From: a virus
Taxonomy: Duplodnaviria; Caudoviricetes
Strand: one strand, 5' to 3'
IMG/VR virus record: IMGVR_UViG_2747842506_000001
Span: 1-64,000 of that record
Length of the DNA: 64,000 nt
The first letter of the stretch is position 1. Each line of letters starts with the position of its first letter. Under the pieces are notes generated by a model that did no database searches, was not told the DNA's origin, and saw nothing but the letters and a program-made list of their open reading frames with translations. The position numbers were made by a program, and so were the translations under genes. Below, in pieces: positions 46,573 to 55,321 of the stretch.

Positions 46573-47490
46573 TTAGAGGCCGTCGGCGTAGGCTACGGCG
46601 TTGATGTTCTTGAAGGCAACGCCACCAATGCGGGTATAGCAGGGAACCTTATAGTGCAGCGCATCCTTCTGCGGTTCCTCCTGCTTGAACGGGATGGGAA
46701 GGCAGCGGGTGACCACGCTTGGGCTGTACTTGTAGATCATCGCGCGGGTGACGCCATCGGTTCCTGCGGAATCCAGCTTGGAACATTCTCGCCAGTTGGT
46801 GATGCCCTGTCCCTTGAAAATCTTTTCCAGGTATTCAAGGATGGTGAGGTCGCCGCCCTTTTCATCCTTGGGAGTGGTGGAGAGATAGACAAAGGCGTCA
46901 TGGGGGAGCAAAACGGTGTCCGGCTTGACGGTGCGATGGGTGTTCGTCCTGACGGTGTCAATCATGGCCTGGAAGGTTGCGATGATTTCGTTCAGAGTCT
47001 TGGTCTTGATGGCGGTATCACCGGAAGCACCAACAGGAACAACGACGAGAGGCACGTTGGGGTTGTTGAGGAAGCCAGTGGTATTGGCTTCGGTATCGCC
47101 AACGAACAGAACTTCGTCCACCTTTTCGTCAATCTTTCGACGGGCGGTATCTGCTTCGTCGCGGGAAAGGTCGATGCCAGCGGTGAGCCACTGCATGAGT
47201 TCAAATTCGCTGTAGCCATAGGAAAGGCCGTATTCGCGGATTTCGTTGGTCTTGAGTTCGATTCCGCGGGAAACGGGCGGGAAATCCTCGGTATAGTCGC
47301 TGATGAGCTTTGCAACGCCCATTTCATTGACGATTTTGTAGCTCCAGGAACGGAGCCAGGGACCTACGCCAACCTGTGCTGGGATGAAGGAAAGCGCATC
47401 GAGGCTTTCACGTTCTAGCCCGTAGGTTTCCACGATAATCTGGTTGAACAGGCGGCTGATCCTGTTGAGTTCATTGTCTTGAAAGACCAT
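46573..47490 (-). CDS. Major capsid protein (DUF2184 / HK97 fold)
   Basis: G.AK.I.DY..D.P, YGYS..EL, GFLNNPNV, PDTVLLP, RIGGV. Confidence 0.9.
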   Translation of the reverse strand: MVFQDNELNRISRLFNQIIVETYGLERESLDALSFIPAQVGVGPWLRSWSYKIVNEMGVAKLISDYTEDFPPVSRGIELKTNEIREYGLSYGYSEFELMQWLTAGIDLSRDEADTARRKIDEKVDEVLFVGDTEANTTGFLNNPNVPLVVVPVGASGDTAIKTKTLNEIIATFQAMIDTVRTNTHRTVKPDTVLLPHDAFVYLSTTPKDEKGGDLTILEYLEKIFKGQGITNWRECSKLDSAGTDGVTRAMIYKYSPSVVTRCLPIPFKQEEPQKDALHYKVPCYTRIGGVAFKNINAVAYADGL

Positions 47491-47504
47491 TGTTCTTCTG
47501 CTCC

Positions 47505-47939
47505 TTAAATGATTTCCAGTTCTGCGAGTTCGCCATCTGCGGCGTCAGTCTTGAACATTCCGCCAGGGATTTGAACCGCGCCTGTGGAGGTTGCGGTGAT
47601 GGCGTTGTTGGTCTCGTTGACGTAAGCGGAGTCACCAGCCTTGACTTCGCCAAGCACGCGTACATAGAGACGTCCCTTCTTGAGGACATTGACGGTCATG
47701 CCAGCCTTATAGCTGTCGTTATAGAGGGTGCGCTGGGCAATACCGAGGAAGGCGCCGTTTTCCGGCTTATCCACATAGACCTTGCCAGCTTCGCCAGCCT
47801 CGCCAGTCTTGATCCAGAGAACGAAACCGCCCTCGGAATCCTTATCCTGTTGCATTACGCCAGTTTCAATGGAGTGGGTGACGCAGGGAAATGCAAGTCC
47901 AGGTGCGCCCTTCATGCCATGCTGATTTTCAAAGGACAT
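47505..47939 (-). CDS. Capsid cement / decoration protein
   Basis: FLGIA, VNVLKKGRLYV, AELEI; lies between DUF2213 gene and capsid. Confidence 0.75.
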   Translation of the reverse strand: MSFENQHGMKGAPGLAFPCVTHSIETGVMQQDKDSEGGFVLWIKTGEAGEAGKVYVDKPENGAFLGIAQRTLYNDSYKAGMTVNVLKKGRLYVRVLGEVKAGDSAYVNETNNAITATSTGAVQIPGGMFKTDAADGELAELEII

Positions 47940-47941
47940 TT

Positions 47942-49069
47942 TTAGCCCTCCTTCTTGATGGAGACTTCGCTGTATTTCTTGTTCATGGCCTGGAATGCTT
48001 CTTCCGGGTCAGCGCCATCCGCCATGTGGGTCATGTTCGGGGCGAGCGGGGACTTCTTGTCCTTGGGGGAGGTGGAATCCGCGAGCTTAATCATGGCGGC
48101 GTCATAGGCTGCAGCGATGTAGTCTGCGCTCTTGCCATCGAGAACCATTTCCGGGTAGGCGCTCTTTACCAGCGCGCTTCTGATGGAATCCACGCTGTCA
48201 GTAGCCTTGACTTCCACGCCAAACTTCTTTGCATTGTCAAGCAGGGCGACCTTCTCGTTTACGAGCTGGTTGATAGTGGCTTCGTCCTTTGCCTTCGCCT
48301 TGAGCTGATCCCGTTCGGAGAGGGCTGCGTCGCGAGCTGCAGTCATGGAGTCCAGCTGACCTTGGAGCGCCTTGGACTGTTGCTGTGCTTCGTCGCGAGC
48401 TTTCTGCGCGGCATGGAGGGTGTCAATGACTTTCTCGTCGGCTTCGTATTCGGCACCGTCGATAATGAGCTTTCTTGCCATTCTGTTTTCTCCTGGCCCG
48501 TTCTGGGCTGTTCGTTTTTCACTAAAGATTCTGTCGAAGTCGGCGCTGTCGCCGATTCTAAAGCGCACTCCGTCACCAGCGCGCCCCTCGCGAACGAGAG
48601 CGATATGGTTGTAACGGATATCCTTCATGGCTTCGTCATAGGCGACGCCCTGCCAGTTGCCCTTGCCACGTTCCAGCCCTGCGTCATATCCGCAGGAAAC
48701 AGCTCTTACACGACCCTCGCGCATTTCCTTGATGGCTTCTGCGTCCGTGATCGTCATTGTGACATAGGCGTTCAACCCGTCCCAGCTTGCATCCGTTCCG
48801 GTAAAGCCTACCTGGAGTTTCTTGGCGTTCTCTGGGGAAACGTCCTGCATGGGGTGGAGAAGCGTTACGGGCTTTGAATTAAGGCTGTCGATGCTGTCCT
48901 GTGAGGAAACTTCCTTGACGGGGCGCAGTCTGCGCTTTATTCCGTCCGCGGTCATGTAGCTGAAAACGCCAGCGCCTGTGACGCGGATTTTGCCCGTGAG
49001 ATAGCCCTCCGGGGTAGTCCTGAAAACAGTCTGGTCGAAATCGTTATAATCGCGGAGCGTTTCGTTCAT
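47942..49069 (-). CDS. DUF2213 prohead protease / scaffold
   Basis: TPEGYL, KPVT..HP, SCGY, NHIALV..GRAG, coiled-coil C-terminus. Confidence 0.9.
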   Translation of the reverse strand: MNETLRDYNDFDQTVFRTTPEGYLTGKIRVTGAGVFSYMTADGIKRRLRPVKEVSSQDSIDSLNSKPVTLLHPMQDVSPENAKKLQVGFTGTDASWDGLNAYVTMTITDAEAIKEMREGRVRAVSCGYDAGLERGKGNWQGVAYDEAMKDIRYNHIALVREGRAGDGVRFRIGDSADFDRIFSEKRTAQNGPGENRMARKLIIDGAEYEADEKVIDTLHAAQKARDEAQQQSKALQGQLDSMTAARDAALSERDQLKAKAKDEATINQLVNEKVALLDNAKKFGVEVKATDSVDSIRSALVKSAYPEMVLDGKSADYIAAAYDAAMIKLADSTSPKDKKSPLAPNMTHMADGADPEEAFQAMNKKYSEVSIKKEG

Positions 49070-49249
49070 GCCCCAAATTTAGAGGCGCAAACAGTCTGTA
49101 CGGGGATTTCACCAAAAGGCGTATAAACAGCCCCAAAAACACCAAAAAACAGCGTAAGCGTCGCTACAAGCGCGGTATAGCCTGTGCGGACTGGGTACAA
49201 AAAAAGCCCCGCTTTTTAGCGAGGCTTGTGGAATGAATTGAATGTCTTT

Positions 49250-49651
49250 TTACCTGGACCTTCCTGTACTATGCCCATATTGGTCATAGTAATTTACAGA
49301 ACCGTCATTGTTGATTTGGGCGCGTCCCGTGCTGTGCCCATATTGGTCATAATAGTTGATTGTGTTCCCGTTTCGGACAGCTCTGCCTGTGTTATGTCCG
49401 TACTGGTCATAGAACGTGGACTGGTTGCCATTATAGGAAGTTCTGCCAGTATTATGCCCATATTGGTCATAATGAACAGATTGGTTCTTTCCATGGCTTG
49501 AACGTCCTGTGTTATGTCCGTATTGGTCGTAATATTGGGTTTGATTTCCATTAGTGGAAGATCGTCCGGTGCTGTGACCGTACTGATCGTAGTAATTTTC
49601 TGCAAAAGCAAGGGCTGCAGAAGCAATAATGCAAAGCAAAATTTTCTTCAT
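49250..49651 (-). CDS. Secreted protein of six YDQYGH(S/N)TGR repeats
   Basis: Signal peptide MKKILLCIIASAALAFA; about 20-aa repeats. Confidence 0.8.
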   Translation of the reverse strand: MKKILLCIIASAALAFAENYYDQYGHSTGRSSTNGNQTQYYDQYGHNTGRSSHGKNQSVHYDQYGHNTGRTSYNGNQSTFYDQYGHNTGRAVRNGNTINYYDQYGHSTGRAQINNDGSVNYYDQYGHSTGRSR

Positions 49652-49882
49652 GATGAACCTCCGATTTGTTTACCCTTAATTTAAATCCAGGTGACTGACA
49701 TAAAATGTCAAATTGCAGCAAATCGCAAAATGTCGCCAGCCAAGCGACAAAATTTTTCCTACATTATGGTTCCTCCTAACCCCCAAAAGCTGGCGATAGT
49801 TTCGACTGTCGCCAGTTCTTTTTTTATGGAAAACAAAAATCCCCCAGCCGTGAGGCCAGGGGAGACAAAATTGGAATACTGG

Positions 49883-50476
49883 TTAGATTCGTTGAGCCAT
49901 CTGCACAAGATTGTTTTTGGCACTTACATTGAATTCTACAAATCCGTTATCTTGATAGAATTTGATAAGCTTCGGATTATTTTCGCATTCAAGAAAAACT
50001 ATCCCTCCACCGACCATATGCTGACATTCCTTAATGACGCCCATGCAAATGTTCATCAGGTCATTTCCACTCAACGCATTGCTTGCCTTATCAAGGCAAT
50101 TTTTTCCAAATTGTGCTATAAGATAGGCAGAAGCAACGTAAACTTTACGACTGCTGTCGTATGTGGCGAACTTTGACCATTTTTTCTTTACGACGTTCGA
50201 TTTTTCAACAAATTTTGCGGGGATTGCAATCGGCTTCACGGTAAGGCTAAAGTAGCCTTGCAAACCTAGACCATCTTCGCATAGAACAAGATAGGTGACC
50301 GACAGTTTTTGCTTAGAAAAATCAAGAGCCTTTTTCTTCAGAAAGGATTCCACATCCTCGTTTTTTTGGCCCTCTTTGTATTCGCTGGAAAAATTTTTTA
50401 TTTCTTCCTGAATTTTCAGTTTGCCTTCCGATTCAAGTAAATCTTCAAGCCTAAAATGCAAAGAGGTTGCACTCAT
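49883..50476 (-). CDS. GNAT-family acetyltransferase (probable TA toxin)
   Basis: N.DVE.FL, TYLV, GYFSL, LIAQFGKN, FLECE...KLIKFYQDNGF. Confidence 0.75.
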   Translation of the reverse strand: MSATSLHFRLEDLLESEGKLKIQEEIKNFSSEYKEGQKNEDVESFLKKKALDFSKQKLSVTYLVLCEDGLGLQGYFSLTVKPIAIPAKFVEKSNVVKKKWSKFATYDSSRKVYVASAYLIAQFGKNCLDKASNALSGNDLMNICMGVIKECQHMVGGGIVFLECENNPKLIKFYQDNGFVEFNVSAKNNLVQMAQRI

Positions 50477-50640
50477 TTTGCAAACAGCTTGTTGATTCGT
50501 TTCAGGTCTGATGTTTTCTTGGAACACGCTACGGAAGTCCACTTGGACTTGCGTCCGGACTTTTCCAAAGCGTTCAACAAGGAATCAGCAACGGACTGAC
50601 TCCTTACAGAAAAATCTTTTGAAATGCTTGCAGTAGACAT
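50473..50640 (-). CDS. Small probable antitoxin
   Basis: 55 aa MSTASISKDF...LLNALEK; ATGA overlap with GNAT gene. Confidence 0.6.
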   Translation of the reverse strand: MSTASISKDFSVRSQSVADSLLNALEKSGRKSKWTSVACSKKTSDLKRINKLFAK

Positions 50641-52108
50641 AAATGACCTCTTGTGTAAATATAATAAATCCAAGCAAGAAATGCAAATCAACCGTACCCA
50701 CAAAAGCAGGAAATGTAGCTTATTTCTTTAAAATCAACGCATTCCTGAAGGCCCTGTCAATCTTGAAATGGTTTGTTTCCTGGTAGATTTCTTCCTTCTG
50801 TCCGCCAAGACCAATGCTACGCAGATAAACATTTCGCGGATTGTTGTTGGTCTGGATTCCAGACAGGCGGATATAACGGTTAGAGGCGTTGGTCGTCGTA
50901 AAAATCAAGGAATCCTTACGGATCATTTCAAGAGGGCGCAGGTTGTGTGACGTGAACAGCAGGCGACCCTTGGCCTTGTCATCTATGATATTCAGGATTT
51001 CTCCCAACAGGTATTCATAGATACCCGCATCCAGTTCATCAACAGCCAGGAATGTCGCCGGATTGTTGTAAACGGCAATAAGGATGCTCAGAATGGAGAT
51101 AATCTTCTTGATGCCTTCGGATTCGTAACGTAGAGGAATTGCGTCGGCATCGCCCTTTTTGGAAAGAAGCTCGAAGCGGACACCTTCTTCTCCCTTTGGA
51201 GTCTGCTGGGCACCCTTGTTGTCCACAACGACATTGAGGCCAGGAACGATTTCCTGCAGAACCACGTTCATTTCATTGAAGGACTTGTCGATAATGTCGA
51301 AAAGCTCCTTGACGACGATGTTTGCGCCCTGTAGGGAAATCTGGACGGTTCCGAAGGACAGGTCCCTGTTTTCCTTATGCAGGAAATTGAACGGGAATGC
51401 GAAGTCGATGTTGAACGGACTTTTTCCGTTGCTCTTGATAACAAACAGGTTGACCTGCGCAAAGAAACGGATTCTGTCAATTACGGAAAGCCTGGCGGCG
51501 GGGCTTTTGTCGGAAGCCTTCATAAAGGCGTCGAAGTCCCTGGAGAACAGCATTGACCTGTGTTCGCGGGAAGTGACTTCCTTTTGGACTTCAAACTTGA
51601 TTGAAGATTCCTTGGTTTCAAAAGCGAAAGCGAAGTCCTGGGCCGGGCAAATCCAGTCATTCTGCATGGACTTGTCGATGCTAACCAGAACCTTCGAAGC
51701 CTTTCCCTTTTTCCTTTCGGAAACCTGTTCAAAGAAAACCTCTACACCTTCCTGCTCAATTCGCTTGATTCGGAAGGTATATTCCACAATGCCTTCTGCT
51801 TTGCCATCTGCGTCAAGAACGTCAAACGCGACAGTGCATTCGGCGAAATCCTTTCCGCACATGATCAAGTTCTCGTAGGAATTAGGAAGCGCTTCGCCCC
51901 TTGCGACCTTCTGGAACATTTCCAGGGCGTCAATAAGGGCGGTCTTTCCGGAGCCGTTCTGGCCATAGACCCCAAGAATGTTGTTCTTGAAGTCGACAGA
52001 GCCGGAAACCACGTTCTTGAAGTTCGTGAGAGCTATAGACTTGATCTGGACGAAAGTGTCTTATCCTGAAAAAAGTTGACACTATACAAAAAGGCAGGTA
52101 TAGTGCAA

Positions 52109-52540
52109 ATGGAGACAAAACAGGTCACAAAGTCGGTTCTCGCATACGACGAAAACGGCAACCATTTTTGGAAGGACGTGGTCAAGGAAAAGTTCATCTT
52201 TGACGACGAGGACCGGATAAAAATCGTCGCCGAATACAACGCGGGCAGGATGACCGCGGCGCAGATCGCGGAGAAATACCACCTCAGCAGCAAGCAGGTT
52301 CTCTTCAGCTGGATGGACAAGTACCTGCGCGAAGAATCGCTATCTTTGGAGAGCCAAGACGGAGATGCGATGGCGAAGCCGCCCGAAGAACGGATAAGAG
52401 AACTGGAGCTGGAGAACAAGCGCCTGCAAAAGGCACTGGAGGCCGAGACGCTGAGGTCCAGGGCCTTCGACACGATGATCGAGCTTGCCGAGAGCAAGTT
52501 CAACATACCCATCAGAAAAAAATCTGGCACCAAACGGTAG
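52109..52540 (+). CDS. IS3 OrfA
   Basis: HTH plus leucine zipper, A7 tract near 3' end. Confidence 0.85.
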   Translation: METKQVTKSVLAYDENGNHFWKDVVKEKFIFDDEDRIKIVAEYNAGRMTAAQIAEKYHLSSKQVLFSWMDKYLREESLSLESQDGDAMAKPPEERIRELELENKRLQKALEAETLRSRAFDTMIELAESKFNIPIRKKSGTKR

Positions 52541-53538
52541 GCCTGCTGCGCACGCGGCTTCCGGGAACTTCCCTGGAAGCGCTCTGCGGACTGTTTGGTT
52601 ATAGCAGGCAGGCGTTCTACAAGAGGGATGACGACGACTTCGGGAACGAGGCTGTCGAGTCCATGGTCCTGGACGCAGCCAGGGAATATCGCACGGCCTG
52701 TCCGGGCATGGGATGCACAAAAATCTACAGACTGGTCGCAGGCAAGCTTGGCGGCACGGGCCGCGTGCCCGGTCGCGACTCCTTCACGGAACTCCTCCGC
52801 GAGAACGGCCTGATGGTAAGGATGCGCCGCCGTCGGCACTACAGGACTACATACTCGGATCACAACTACCGGAAGTACAAGAACCTGATCAAGGGAGTCG
52901 TCCCCAGCCGTCCGAACCAGATATGGGTCGCCGACATCACCTATGTCGAGACGGACGAGGGCGTGTGCTACCTGTCCCTCGTAACGGACGCCTACTCGCA
53001 CAAGATCGTGGGCTGGGCGCTCGGCCCGACGCTGGAGACACGCTACCCTCTGGAAGCCCTGAGGATGGCACTCGCGCAGGTTCCCGAATCATCGTTGCCG
53101 TTCCTGATCCACCACTCGGATCGTGGCTGCCAGTACTGCAGCTACGAATATGTCGGCGAACTGAAAAAGCGCAACATCGGCATCAGCATGACGCAGAGCG
53201 GGGATCCGCTCGAGAACGCCGTGGCGGAACGCGCAAACGGAATCCTCAAGACGGAATGGCTATACAAGATGAAGCTCAGGACGCGGTCGGAGTGCCGCCG
53301 TGAACTCGAGAGAATCATCAGGTTCTACAACGAGGAACGCCCGCACATGAGCATCGGCTGGCAGACCCCGGAAAAGGTCCACAGCCAGGAAGGCCCCCAA
53401 AGAAGATGCTGGAGGAACCCGTGGGAACGAAGGCTCGCGAACAAAAATATATCTTTGGAAGAAGATGTCGGACTGGACAACGACAACCATATCGGTGATA
53501 GTGTCAACCAGATCCGTGATACCGAGGGAAAGGTGTAA
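52537..53538 (+). CDS. IS3 OrfB DDE transposase (probably via frameshift)
   Basis: WVADITY, HHSDRGCQY, ENAVAER.NGILK.E; start approximate. Confidence 0.9.
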   Translation, partial: VGLLRTRLPGTSLEALCGLFGYSRQAFYKRDDDDFGNEAVESMVLDAAREYRTACPGMGCTKIYRLVAGKLGGTGRVPGRDSFTELLRENGLMVRMRRRRHYRTTYSDHNYRKYKNLIKGVVPSRPNQIWVADITYVETDEGVCYLSLVTDAYSHKIVGWALGPTLETRYPLEALRMALAQVPESSLPFLIHHSDRGCQYCSYEYVGELKKRNIGISMTQSGDPLENAVAERANGILKTEWLYKMKLRTRSECRRELERIIRFYNEERPHMSIGWQTPEKVHSQEGPQRRCWRNPWERRLANKNISLEEDVGLDNDNHIGDSVNQIRDTEGKV

Positions 53539-53702
53539 ACCATATCAGTGAAACTGTCAACTCGGTCAGTAAAAACACCCCAAAAGTGTCAACCTTTTTT
53601 AGGGAAGGTCAAAGGAATCATAAAAGTATCGAAAAAGTTGAGAAAAACTATGCAAAATGTATAAATTTTATCTTCATTTTTCAATTTTTTATTAAATAAA
53701 AG

Positions 53703-53918
53703 TTAAAAAATAATACAAAATGTATTGAAAATATTTTGGTATGCGTGTGAAAACGCAATTTTGATTGTTTCATAGCTTTTTCCGATTCCTTCAAGCCCAT
53801 TCTGGTCAATGTACCTATAAGTGGCATAAATGAGCCAAATTGGGCTAAACAGAGTGAATTTGATAACAACAAAAACGAACAGAAGCGCAGTCCACACCCA
53901 AATTTTTGCATCGCTCAT
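53703..53918 (-). CDS. Small membrane protein
   Basis: 71 aa, hydrophobic, RBS GGAGG. Confidence 0.55.
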   Translation of the reverse strand: MSDAKIWVWTALLFVFVVIKFTLFSPIWLIYATYRYIDQNGLEGIGKSYETIKIAFSHAYQNIFNTFCIIF

Positions 53919-54112
53919 CGATATTCCTCCTGTGGATATTGTTTAACGGGGGAAAGATAGCTTGTGGAAGGGACTTTTTGTGACAACAATAGTTTGCAAA
54001 ATGAATGAAAGATTAGTGTTCGAATGTATAGATATTTTGTTTTGTAGTCAAAAATCATTCAAAAAATTTTAATGTCACAGTAGTGTCATTTTAATGAACT
54101 ATATTGTACTTA

Positions 54113-55191
54113 CGCGGATTCTCATCGTCAAGTAAATCCGATCTAGGCTGAAAACAAAAAAAATCCCTAGAAAGAGAATTCTAGGGATGGTTAGGTTTCT
54201 AACTTGCGTTTTCGACCAAGAAAAGGACAAGCGATGAGACTTAACCGAGACATAAGATACCAAATTAGCGCACTGTTGGCTGCCGGACATCAACAAAAAG
54301 TCATAGCAAAACTAATCGGAATTTCTGAAGGTGGACTCAGCAAGGAGATTTCCAGAAACGGAGGTCGTAAAAAGTACGATCCGGACAAGGCTGACAAGAG
54401 GGCCCTAAAGCTCCAGCACAAAGCACACATTCACTATGAGTATAGCGATGAAGTTTGGGAGGAAACTGAAGCCCTGATAAAGGAGGACTTGTCACCGGAG
54501 CAAGTTGTTGGACGCAGGGGGTTGGAGGGTAAGAAAACTCCAAGCGTTCCAACGATATACCGCCATATCAAAGGCAGAGACGAATTCAAGCCACACCTTA
54601 GGCATGGGGACAAGAAATATCGAGAGCGGGGTCCTGCAAAGGATGGAAGAGGCTCCATTACGGGACAGGTGCCCATAGACCTGCGTCCGGCGATAGTCGA
54701 CGAGAAAAGTCGCTTCGGCGATTTTGAAATAGACTTGATCAACGGAGCTCATCATAAGGGAAACCTGCTCACCGCCAACGACAGAATGTCCATGCTTTGC
54801 ATCCTGGAGCCTCTACCGACAAAGGATGCAGCCGCCCTGGCAGATACTCTGATAGCGGCCTTTTCGCCCTACAAGAGGCTGCTACACACGGTCACTTCCG
54901 ACAACGGAAAGGAGTTCGCCGATCATGTTCGGATAGCCCAAAAGTTGGATGTCGGTTATTACTTTGCCCACCCTTACCACTCGTGGGAACGAGGTGCAAA
55001 CGAAAATATGAACGGTCTGATTCGCCAGTACCTGCCAAAGGGAACCTCGTTTGAGGACCTGACGAGAGATGAGGTCAAGTGGATTGAGTGGAAATTGAAC
55101 AATCGGCCGAGAAAACGACTTGGATTTCTCACCCCATTAGAGTATATTTCTAGGCAAGTTAAACAAATTTACTTGGCGACTTAAATTCGCC
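54113..55191 (+). mobile_element. IS30-family IS
   Basis: IRs cgcggattctcatcgtcaagtaaat / atttacttggcgacttaaattcgcc; flanking TTA duplication. Confidence 0.85.
54234..55184 (+). CDS. IS30 transposase
   Basis: SPEQ, GDFEID, DNGKEF, WERGANEN.NGLIRQY.PKG, RPRK.LG..TP. Confidence 0.95.
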   Translation: MRLNRDIRYQISALLAAGHQQKVIAKLIGISEGGLSKEISRNGGRKKYDPDKADKRALKLQHKAHIHYEYSDEVWEETEALIKEDLSPEQVVGRRGLEGKKTPSVPTIYRHIKGRDEFKPHLRHGDKKYRERGPAKDGRGSITGQVPIDLRPAIVDEKSRFGDFEIDLINGAHHKGNLLTANDRMSMLCILEPLPTKDAAALADTLIAAFSPYKRLLHTVTSDNGKEFADHVRIAQKLDVGYYFAHPYHSWERGANENMNGLIRQYLPKGTSFEDLTRDEVKWIEWKLNNRPRKRLGFLTPLEYISRQVKQIYLAT

Positions 55192-55321
55192 TTATTAAAA
55201 AACGAGGAGTTTATAAGGTATAAAGCGCGTAAAAAATCCAATTATCTTTTATTGAAGTTGATTTACTGTGTTAAGGGTATCGAATGCTTCAAGTTTAAGT
55301 GTTACCTACAAAAGAGCATTT

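Larger units (their letters stand above)
52057..53611 (+). mobile_element. IS3-family IS
   Basis: TG..CA ends, IRs tgtcttatcctgaaaaaagttgacact / agtgtcaaccttttttagggaaggtca, 3-bp TSD AAG. Confidence 0.9.
50720..53621 (-). pseudogene. AAA_21 / AbiEii / RloA-like ABC ATPase interrupted after codon 3 by IS3
   Basis: Removing IS and one TSD restores MIPFVQIKSIALTNFKNVVSG...; GQNGSGKT, ESEG, VDELD, FTSH motifs in 50720-52056. Confidence 0.85.

Noticed and set aside
43276-48877. Long plus-strand ORFs (566, 289, 328 aa) opposite sheath, capsid and protease genes
   Set aside because: Antisense shadows of codon-biased genes; no motifs
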